Origin: Trueperaceae bacterium
GTDB lineage: Bacteria > Deinococcota > Deinococci > Deinococcales > Trueperaceae
Direction of reading: 5' to 3'
DNA length: 20,148 bases
Assembly: GCA_040905465.1 (NCBI GenBank)
Contig: JBBDRK010000033.1
Span: forward strand, 1 to 20,148
Below are positions 9,233-15,970 of the stretch, one piece after another. The notes beneath the pieces are model-generated. The model saw nothing but the letters and a program-made list of their open reading frames with translations. It was not told where the DNA came from and made no database searches. The position numbers and the translations under genes are program-made. The first letter of the stretch is position 1. Each line of letters opens with the position of its first letter.

Positions 9233-10002
9233 GCTTCGGAGCCCGCGAGAGCGATTGGCGCCAAGCACTGTACGCCGGCCGATTCGAGGACGCTCACAAG
9301 CTCTATCTCATGGCCGACGCGCCCGATCCCGAGGTGCGCAGGGCGCTATCGGCGCTGGCGGACATAGTCGAGTTCGTCCGCGAGAAGTCGTGGCCCCGCG
9401 CCAGCAGACGGCTGCAACGCCTGGAGGAGAAGCCGCCCCTCGTCGACTGGACGGCGCTGGAAGCGGAGCTGGATCGGCTGGCGGAGAGTTCCCGCAGCCT
9501 GGACCGGATGGAACCCGAGGAGGCGATGGCGTTGCTGGAGGGAGAGGCGGTGGCGTGGTTCCCGGCCGAGGCCGCCAACTTGCAGGGCACGGCCAGAATC
9601 TACAGCGGTGACCCGGAGGCGGCCAGGCAGGACTTCAGGCGGGCGGTGGAGCTCGATCCGCGCCATTACCGTGCCCTCACCAACCTCGGCAACGCGGCGC
9701 TCGAAGCGGGCGAAGTCGACGAGGCGATCGCCTGCTATGAACGGGCGTTGGCCGTGAATGACGACTTCGCCAACGCTCACCACAATCTGGGGGTGGCATA
9801 TCGGCGCAAGGGCCAGGTGGGGCGAAGCGTACGTCAACTCCGTCGTGCCCAGCGTGTTCAGCAGCGCAGCGAGCGGGAGCGGGCCCGCGAGGGACTGGGC
9901 GAGGGACCCGGCAAGGGCGGCCTGAAGATCCTTCGTTGGGTGCTGTACGCTCTGGTGGCGCTGACGCTGGTGGCTATCCTGCGGGGGCGCGGCTTCCTGT
10001 AG
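9229..10002 (+). CDS. Tetratricopeptide-repeat protein with a C-terminal transmembrane helix (257 aa)
   Basis: GTG start overlaps the glgA stop (GTGA) and follows GGGGGA. Three TPR-like repeats (AANLQG...AVELDP; ALTNLG...ALAVND; AHHNLG...). Hydrophobic C-terminus ILRWVLYALVALTLVAIL. Confidence 0.85.
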   Translation: MSFGARESDWRQALYAGRFEDAHKLYLMADAPDPEVRRALSALADIVEFVREKSWPRASRRLQRLEEKPPLVDWTALEAELDRLAESSRSLDRMEPEEAMALLEGEAVAWFPAEAANLQGTARIYSGDPEAARQDFRRAVELDPRHYRALTNLGNAALEAGEVDEAIACYERALAVNDDFANAHHNLGVAYRRKGQVGRSVRQLRRAQRVQQRSERERAREGLGEGPGKGGLKILRWVLYALVALTLVAILRGRGFL

Positions 10003-10054
10003 CGCCGTGAGCCGCCAGCCGTGGTTCGTGCAACGCGCCAGGAGGCAGATCGAG

Positions 10055-11137
10055 TCAGTCGAGAACGAGGATTTCGGGACGGTGCAAGCCGGCGATCTCG
10101 GTAGTTGGCCACTCCGGGTCGCGCGTAAGCACCTCGAGACTCTGATGCGTCAGCAACACCGTGTCTTCGACCTTCAACCCCGGCAACGACGGATTCCAGG
10201 CGTAGGCTGAACCGTCGAGGACGATACGGTCATCGAACGGCGTAGCCAGGAAGTCGCGGGTGAAGTAGCCTGTGGGACCGCCCTGGTGATGGTACTTCCA
10301 GGCAAGTGGATGGTGGTGCTCGGCGTAGGCTTGTTGAAGTGCCGTCAGCACGTCCCGGAAGAACCGGCCGTGGCGTGTGACCGCGAATGCGGCCTCCTCC
10401 ACCTGCAGAAGCGACTCGTAGCGGCGAGACTCCTGGGGGTCCAGCGGCGTGAACGCCACGAGGCGCGTGAGGTTGGCGTAAAGCCCATGACGGCGGCCAC
10501 AGACCACTACCATCGCCCTGTCGTTGGCGGTCTCGTTCGAGGGAAGCGGATGGCGGTAGCGCTTCAATCTGCCGTCCCCCCCCACCAGCAGCACGGCAGG
10601 CTGTATACCGCGGTTACGCAGTTCCCGCGCTACCGCGCCGGCGATCTGGTGCTCGGACAAGCCGGGCTCGAGGCCGCGCAATACAGAACCCACCGCCACC
10701 GCGGTGTCGCGGCACAACAACCGGTACCGCTCCACTTCTTCCGGTAGCAAAGGCGCCCGCAGCGGCCAGAAGTCGTGCTGCTGCAGGCCCGGTGCTGGCG
10801 CATCGGTAAGGGTACGTTCGGGCTCGACCACGGAGAGCCGCGCCTGATCGAAGGCCCCGGCCTCCTCCCACGGCACGTAGTAGATCGGCAGGCCGGCCGG
10901 CAACTCTTCGGTCTCGATCCGATCGCGCTCGAACTCGGGGGCGTACAGGCGAGCGTCGTCGGCCGTCACCAACGCGCGCGCGACAGGCGGATCGGTGAGG
11001 GCCACCACCGGGTCGCCGCCAGCAAGCAACCAGGAAACATTGCCGGCGCTCGTCAGCCAGGCGGCGTCCATTCGCTGCTGAACGAGCAGCTTGCGGATGC
11101 GCGCCAGCTTGGCCGTGAGTTCATCTGTGCCTGTCAT
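10055..11137 (-). CDS. M24/creatinase (pita-bread fold) family protein with non-canonical active site
   Basis: Creatinase_N-like N-terminus. C-terminal motifs PGLSEHQIAG, YRHP, GLYANLTR, HHQGGPTGY, WNPS, KVEDT align with the M24 fold. Confidence 0.85.
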   Translation of the reverse strand: MTGTDELTAKLARIRKLLVQQRMDAAWLTSAGNVSWLLAGGDPVVALTDPPVARALVTADDARLYAPEFERDRIETEELPAGLPIYYVPWEEAGAFDQARLSVVEPERTLTDAPAPGLQQHDFWPLRAPLLPEEVERYRLLCRDTAVAVGSVLRGLEPGLSEHQIAGAVARELRNRGIQPAVLLVGGDGRLKRYRHPLPSNETANDRAMVVVCGRRHGLYANLTRLVAFTPLDPQESRRYESLLQVEEAAFAVTRHGRFFRDVLTALQQAYAEHHHPLAWKYHHQGGPTGYFTRDFLATPFDDRIVLDGSAYAWNPSLPGLKVEDTVLLTHQSLEVLTRDPEWPTTEIAGLHRPEILVLD

Positions 11138-11142
11138 GCCAA

Positions 11143-11148
11143 AGAATA
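11143..11148 (-). promoter_or_regulatory. -10 box (TATTCT) 5 nt before the ATG of the M24-family gene, a leaderless candidate
   Basis: Minus strand TATTCT-ttggc-ATG; no SD. Confidence 0.55.
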
Positions 11149-11247
11149 ACCGCCCCGATGCCGCCGAACGGCGATCTCGAGGCGGTAGCTACCGGCCGGC
11201 ATCTACGGAAACTCACGCCCATATAACCCGGCAGCCCGTCAGTTTGC

Positions 11248-11493
11248 TCAGGTCCGCCTGGCCGCTTTCACTATCCAAAGGAGCACGACCGCCCCCAGGA
11301 TCGCTACCAGCAGGCTGTAGACGTTGAATCCCGATACTCCCGAAGCTCCGAATGCCCGGAAGATGAATCCGCCGATGACGGCGCCGATGATCCCTACGAC
11401 TATGTCAAGAAGCAGGCCCTGGCTGGTCTTCATGATCATGCTGGCTATCCAGCCTGCCAACGCACCGAAGACTATCCACAACAGAATGCTCAT
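11248..11493 (-). CDS. GlsB/YeaQ/YmgE family (transglycosylase-associated) small membrane protein, 81 aa
   Basis: MSILLWIVFGALAGWIAS...DIVVGIIGAVIGGF...SLLVAILGAVVLL is the typical family pattern; SD GGAGG. Confidence 0.92.
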   Translation of the reverse strand: MSILLWIVFGALAGWIASMIMKTSQGLLLDIVVGIIGAVIGGFIFRAFGASGVSGFNVYSLLVAILGAVVLLWIVKAARRT

Positions 11494-11514
11494 ATAGTCC
11501 TCCCCTCGCGGCCA

Positions 11515-11520
11515 ATTATA
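11515..11520 (-). promoter_or_regulatory. Consensus -10 box TATAAT for the GlsB/YeaQ/YmgE gene
   Basis: Perfect TATAAT 21 nt upstream of the ATG in otherwise GC-rich DNA. Confidence 0.65.
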
Positions 11521-11619
11521 GGGATGGAGCGGCGGAACACCCCCGCCTGCGCCACGATTCGCCCGTTATCCGGCTAACCCGACTACCTGGAGCCGTCCTC
11601 CGGCCGCGGCAGTGGAGCC

Positions 11620-12714
11620 TCAATCGTGTACCACCGGTAGTTCGCGCCCTTCCACGGCGGAACGGTAGCAGGCGTCGATTATGCGCACTCGCCGCAGGCC
11701 GGCCAAGGCCGGCGCGTGGTCGACCTGTTCCGCCCGCACGGCGGCCACGAAGTTGCGGACCACCGCGATGTGACCCTCGCCCTGCTGTACCTCGGGGCTG
11801 AGCACCGCCGGCACACCGGCGGCGTCGGTGTAGATGCGAAGGGTGTCCTGCCAGCGATACTCCCTGACCTTGATCTCGGCGCCGCCGCTGGTTCCGTACA
11901 GGGTAACGCCGAAGTCGTCGTTCGCTCCACCGTATACTGCCCAACTGGCCTCGAGGTTCACCGTGGAGCCGTCACCGAGCCGGATGAAGGCTGTCGCTAA
12001 GTCCTCGACCTCATAGGCCGAACCCACCGACATCCGCTTGGTACCCGAAAAGCCCCGCCCCCTTGGACCGAGCTCGGCATAGGTGGCCGCGCTCACCGAG
12101 CGTACTTCCGGTTCGCCCAGGAGGTAGAGCGCAAGGTCCAGAACGTGAACCCCCAGGTCGATGAGAGGACCGCCGCCGGCCATGTGCCGGGAGGTGAACC
12201 ACGAGCCCATACCGGGAATGCCGCTGCGGCGCATCCAGGTGGCCTTCACATGATAGATACGCCCGAGCTGGTCCTGATCGAGGAACCGGCGCAGAACCTG
12301 GACATCACCGCGCTGACGGTGGTTGAACGCCACGTGCAAAACCTTGTCGCCATCGACTGCCGCCTTGACCATGGCTTCCGCCTCACTGGCGTCGCGGGCC
12401 AGGGGCTTCTCGCACAGCACGTGTTTTCCCTGCTCCAGCGCAGCGATCGTGATAGGAGCGTGCAGATGATTCGGCGTGCACACGCTGACGATGTCGAGAT
12501 CGTCGCGGGCAACCAGATCCTGATAGTCGCTATAGAGGTGAGGAATGTCGTACTTGCTGCCGAGCTCCTGCAGCTTGTCTTCCTCCAAGCCCGCAAGCGC
12601 GGCGATTTCGACATCCGGCAGCGCCGCGTACCCGGCAAGATGGCGCCCTCCGGCCCATCCCAGACCGACTACACCTACCCGCAGCTTTCGTTGGGCGATT
12701 GGCTCGTGGCTCAT
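11620..12714 (-). CDS. Gfo/Idh/MocA family NAD(P)-dependent oxidoreductase (364 aa)
   Basis: Start MSHEP with SD GGAGG. Rossmann GVVGLGWAG, TPNHLH, HVLCEKP, GGGPLIDLGVH. Confidence 0.93.
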   Translation of the reverse strand: MSHEPIAQRKLRVGVVGLGWAGGRHLAGYAALPDVEIAALAGLEEDKLQELGSKYDIPHLYSDYQDLVARDDLDIVSVCTPNHLHAPITIAALEQGKHVLCEKPLARDASEAEAMVKAAVDGDKVLHVAFNHRQRGDVQVLRRFLDQDQLGRIYHVKATWMRRSGIPGMGSWFTSRHMAGGGPLIDLGVHVLDLALYLLGEPEVRSVSAATYAELGPRGRGFSGTKRMSVGSAYEVEDLATAFIRLGDGSTVNLEASWAVYGGANDDFGVTLYGTSGGAEIKVREYRWQDTLRIYTDAAGVPAVLSPEVQQGEGHIAVVRNFVAAVRAEQVDHAPALAGLRRVRIIDACYRSAVEGRELPVVHD

Positions 12715-12759
12715 CTCTCCTCCATAGACACTCCGGGCCCCCGGCCGGCACAGCCGGTG

Positions 12760-12768
12760 AGCGTACCA
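12760..12768 (-). promoter_or_regulatory. Putative extended -10 (TGgTACGCT) for the oxidoreductase
   Basis: TG-n-TANNNT 45 nt upstream of the ATG, just downstream of the hairpin at 12790-12827. Confidence 0.45.
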
Positions 12769-12789
12769 CATGGTCCCGTTCCCACGAGC

Positions 12790-12827
12790 AAGCGGACCGA
12801 TCGGTGGCTTCACCGATCGGTCCGCTT
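12790..12827. terminator. Perfect 17-bp stem / 4-nt loop hairpin downstream of DUF2277; probable terminator or palindromic element
   Basis: aagcggaccgatcggtg-gctt-caccgatcggtccgctt; weak U-tract. Confidence 0.6.
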
Positions 12828-12840
12828 CGCTCCGCTCGCC

Positions 12841-13116
12841 CTATGCGTCGCTCCCGAACCTCCTGGCAGAGCGCTCCCGCGCCTTGCTGGCCACCTCCTC
12901 GCGATCCTTGGGCGGGGCGTTCGTCGACAACGACTCGAGCAGCCGCGTCACGACCACGCTGACGTCGTCGAGCGCCGAGGAGAAGGCGGCTTCGTTAGCC
13001 TTCGACGGCGCACTGAATCCGCTTACCTTACGCACGAACTGCAACGACGCCGCACGTATCTCGGCCTCGGTCGCAGGCGGTTCGAAGTTGAAGAGCGTCT
13101 TGATGTTCCTACACAT
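12841..13116 (-). CDS. DUF2277 family protein (91 aa)
   Basis: Characteristic N-terminus MCRNIKTLFNFEPPATEAEIRAASLQFVRKVSGF; SD GAGG. Confidence 0.9.
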   Translation of the reverse strand: MCRNIKTLFNFEPPATEAEIRAASLQFVRKVSGFSAPSKANEAAFSSALDDVSVVVTRLLESLSTNAPPKDREEVASKARERSARRFGSDA

Positions 13117-13198
13117 CGGTCATTCCTCTACACTCGGTCCTCGGTAAGAACCGTTGGCGGACGTCTGGCACAGCCGGTGCGGTGCCTTCGCGGCTACC

Positions 13199-15022
13199 CT
13201 ACTCCACCGTCACGCTCTTGGCCAGGTTGCGTGGCTGGTCGACGTCGCGACCGAGCCGGTGGGCGGTCTCGTAGGCGAGGAGCTGCAGCGCCACGACGTT
13301 CACGATCGGCGAGAGCAGCTCCAATGTCTCGGGAACCCGGATCACGTGGTCGGCATGGGCGCATATCACGCTGTCATCCGGGTTCGCCAAGGCGATCACC
13401 ACTCCGTCGCGAGCTCGCACCTCCTGCAGGTTGGAAACCGTCTTGTCGTAGAGCCCGGAACGGGTGGCCACGGCAACGACCGGCATGCTCTCGTCTATCA
13501 GCGCTATCGGGCCGTGCTTCATCTCACCGGTGGCGTAGGCTTCGGCGTGGATGTAGGAGATCTCCTTGAGCTTGAGAGCACCCTCGAGCGCCGTCGGGTA
13601 ATTGACGCCTCGTCCCAGGAACAGGTAATCGCGCCTGTCCTTGAACGCCTCGGCAACGGCCGCAATTTGCGGTCTCCCTGCCAGGGCCTCGTCCACCAGC
13701 GACGGCACGCGCCGCAGTTCACCGAGGAGCACGGTGGCATCGGCCGCGCTCAGGGTTCCGCGCCGCCGTCCCAGCCAGACGGCCAACAGTTCGAACGCCA
13801 CCAGCATCGCGGTGTACGCCTTGGTGCTGGCAACGCCGATCTCCGGACCCGCATGAATATAGAGGGTGTCGTCTACCTCGCGACTGATGGTCGAGCCCTT
13901 GGCATTGAGGATCGCCAGGCTGCGGGCTCCCCGGCGGCGTGCTTCGCGCAGCGCCTCCAGGGTGTCTATCGTTTCGCCCGATTGCGAGACCACCACGCAC
14001 AGCGTGCGTTCGTCGATGACCGGCTCTCGGTAGCGGAACTCCGAAGCGACCTCCACCTCCACCGGCAGCCGGGCGAGCCGCTCGATTAGATACTCGCCCA
14101 CCAGTCCGGAGTAGTAGGCCGTGCCGGCGGCGGTTATCACGACCCGGTCGATATCGCCGGCGTCCAGGCTCAGGCCGAGATCGACGTCGCTGTCGTCTGC
14201 CACGATTCGGCCGCCGAGCGTGTCCTGCAGTACTCGCGGCTGCTCGTAGATCTCCTTGAGCATGTAGTGCTCGTAGCCACCCTTTTCGGCGGCCTCAGCG
14301 TCCCACTCGATCTTGCCGGGAGGTCGGTCAAGCGGCCGGCCCTGGAAGTCGGTGATGGTCACACCATCGGGCGTAAGCAACGCCATGTCGCCGTCGTGCA
14401 GGAATATCACATCGCGGGTATAGGGCAGCAGCGCCGGTACGTCGGAGGCCACGAACGTCTCCCCGTCGCCGAGACCGATGACCATCGGACTGGTAGATCG
14501 GGCCGCCACTATCAGCCGATGCTCGCTATGCGACACCACTACCGCATAGGCCCCGACCACTTCGCTCAGCGCGGCCCGCACGGCCTCCACCAGGTCGCCC
14601 CGGTAGTGCTCCTCGATGAGGTGGACCATCACTTCGCTGTCGGTCTCCGACGCGAAAGAGTGTCCTGCTGTCTGCAGACGCCCTTTCAACTCCAGGTAGT
14701 TCTCGATGATGCCGTTGTGGATGAGGCCGAGCCGGCCGTCCTCGGACAGGTGCGGATGGGCGTTGCCGTCGCTAGGGCGGCCGTGCGTGGCCCAGCGGGT
14801 ATGCCCCAGGCCCAGCGAACCGGGCAGCGCCTGTCCGCTCAACGCCTCGCGCAAGACGCTGAGCTTGCCCGCGCGCTTCACCACCTCCAGCGACAGATTG
14901 CCGTTGCCGCCGGCGATCACTACGCCGGCTGAGTCGTAACCTCGGTATTCCAGTCGTTGCAACCCGTCGAGTATCACCTCGGTGGCCTGCCTGTGTCCTA
15001 CGTATCCGACGATTCCGCACAT
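13199..15022 (-). CDS. glmS: Glutamine--fructose-6-phosphate aminotransferase (isomerizing)
   Basis: N-terminal MCGIVG, LEYRGYDSAG, GHTRWATHG, HNGIIENY, SQSGET, GVASTKAY, EGALKLKEISY, C-terminal DQPRNLAKSVTVE. Confidence 0.99.
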   Translation of the reverse strand: MCGIVGYVGHRQATEVILDGLQRLEYRGYDSAGVVIAGGNGNLSLEVVKRAGKLSVLREALSGQALPGSLGLGHTRWATHGRPSDGNAHPHLSEDGRLGLIHNGIIENYLELKGRLQTAGHSFASETDSEVMVHLIEEHYRGDLVEAVRAALSEVVGAYAVVVSHSEHRLIVAARSTSPMVIGLGDGETFVASDVPALLPYTRDVIFLHDGDMALLTPDGVTITDFQGRPLDRPPGKIEWDAEAAEKGGYEHYMLKEIYEQPRVLQDTLGGRIVADDSDVDLGLSLDAGDIDRVVITAAGTAYYSGLVGEYLIERLARLPVEVEVASEFRYREPVIDERTLCVVVSQSGETIDTLEALREARRRGARSLAILNAKGSTISREVDDTLYIHAGPEIGVASTKAYTAMLVAFELLAVWLGRRRGTLSAADATVLLGELRRVPSLVDEALAGRPQIAAVAEAFKDRRDYLFLGRGVNYPTALEGALKLKEISYIHAEAYATGEMKHGPIALIDESMPVVAVATRSGLYDKTVSNLQEVRARDGVVIALANPDDSVICAHADHVIRVPETLELLSPIVNVVALQLLAYETAHRLGRDVDQPRNLAKSVTVE

Positions 15023-15034
15023 TTTCGTTCTGGC

Positions 15035-15414
15035 TCCGATCCCTCAACCGCCGCGAGGATGCGACGGCCCAGCGCGCCCCTGGAGGCGCTGCTACGCTAT
15101 TGATCGGCGCGCCTTGCCGGCTGCGCCCATTGCGAATGCTTGCTGGCCGGGCGGTGAACCCGGATACGACCCATGGAATCGCGAGTGAGGGGTCGGCTCA
15201 GGAGGGGCCCGCAGACTTGTGCGCCTCTCGACGCGCTCGCGTTTTCGGTGCCGTGCACCTATCTTCCTGTGTCCCTCTTTATTCGGGACCGGAAGCCCTC
15301 CACCTCGTCACCTGGCAAACTGATGCGTGTGTGGCGCATCTACGCACTTTGATGCGCGTGGGGCGCATCTACGCTATCCGATGCGTCTTGCCTCAGAGCG
15401 CCAGGGCTTGCGCT
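15035..15414 (-). ncRNA. glmS ribozyme (GlcN6P-activated self-cleaving riboswitch), expanded structural variant; 3' boundary approximate
   Basis: In the glmS 5' UTR, minus strand. Cleavage motif A^GCGCAAG (A-1 = 15414). P1 CCUGG/CCAGG (15405-15401 with 15315-15311). GACGAGG at 15309-15303. P2 GGAGGG/CCCUCC (15301-15296 with 15206-15201). UCGAG at 15231-15227. P2.2 3' strand CUGCGGG (15214-15208) with compensatory A5-U instead of C-G. P3-like CGACCC/GGGUCG. Confidence 0.9.
15321..15385. repeat. Tandem 29-nt-period repeat (2 full copies plus a partial one) of a GATGCG-N7-CGCATC hairpin inside the ribozyme P1 loop
   Basis: tgatgcgtgtgtggcgcatctacgc (15321-15345) vs tgatgcgcgtggggcgcatctacgc (15350-15374), 23/25 identical; third gatgcg at 15380. 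Confidence 0.85.
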
Positions 15415-15439
15415 ACCTCGCGAAAGGATTCGTCCTCCC

Positions 15440-15970
15440 TCACCTCCCTTCCCAAGGCTCCCCGATCACCAGGTAGGAGTGAAGGGCCTCGAGAACCGGC
15501 CGCCTGGAAGGGTCGATGTCGCCCTGTGCGGCCAGCAATGGATAGAGCAAGATATCACGGCCCTCGCGGAACACCCGTGAGCCTCGCACGGCGGGCGCCA
15601 CCAGCGCCGGCACTCCGTGCGGCGGGTAGACGAGTTGATTCGCCGAATTGCGCTCGAGCGGCAACGACACGGACGCGCTCAGCACCAGCGCTGCGCCGAG
15701 GAGCCCGCCACCGAAGCCGCCCAGCAGGGTAAGCACTACCGGCGCGAAACGACGCTGGCGGCCGAGCCTGCGCGCGCCCAAGGCGAGCGCCAGGCCGGCA
15801 ACCAGCGCAACCGCCACCGCCAGCAGCGGGCTCGCCTGGCCGAGCAGCAGGAGCGGGCGCAGCAACAGCGCGCCGCCCACGCCCAGCAACAGGCCGCCCA
15901 GCCGGCGCTCAGCCCCTAGGGCAATGAACACGGCGAACAGCAGCGCCAGCAGGAGATCGATCCAGGTCAT
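15440..15970 (-). CDS. Hypothetical multi-pass membrane protein with CvpA-like N-terminus (176 aa)
   Basis: ATG overlaps the pheT stop (ATGA). MTWIDLLLALLFAVFIALGAERR resembles CvpA starts; about 4 hydrophobic segments. Confidence 0.75.
   Translation of the reverse strand: MTWIDLLLALLFAVFIALGAERRLGGLLLGVGGALLLRPLLLLGQASPLLAVAVALVAGLALALGARRLGRQRRFAPVVLTLLGGFGGGLLGAALVLSASVSLPLERNSANQLVYPPHGVPALVAPAVRGSRVFREGRDILLYPLLAAQGDIDPSRRPVLEALHSYLVIGEPWEGR

Noticed and set aside
12715-12813. 33-aa N-terminal extension of the Gfo/Idh/MocA ORF
   Set aside because: It begins inside a palindromic hairpin; the ATG at 12714 has an SD and precedes the Rossmann motif.
15083-15227. 7-bp pairing of GAGGCGC (core linker) with GCGCCUC (3' domain)
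   Set aside because: GCGCCUC has an adjacent local partner (GGGGCGC) that would form first, and the match length is near chance at this GC content.
15321-15385. Mini CRISPR array
   Set aside because: Palindromic repeats are separated by only 4 nt, there are 2 full copies, no cas genes are present, and they sit inside the ribozyme P1.
15100-15732. 210-aa plus-strand ORF across the glmS leader
   Set aside because: It is antisense to the ribozyme and the membrane gene, with a non-protein-like composition.
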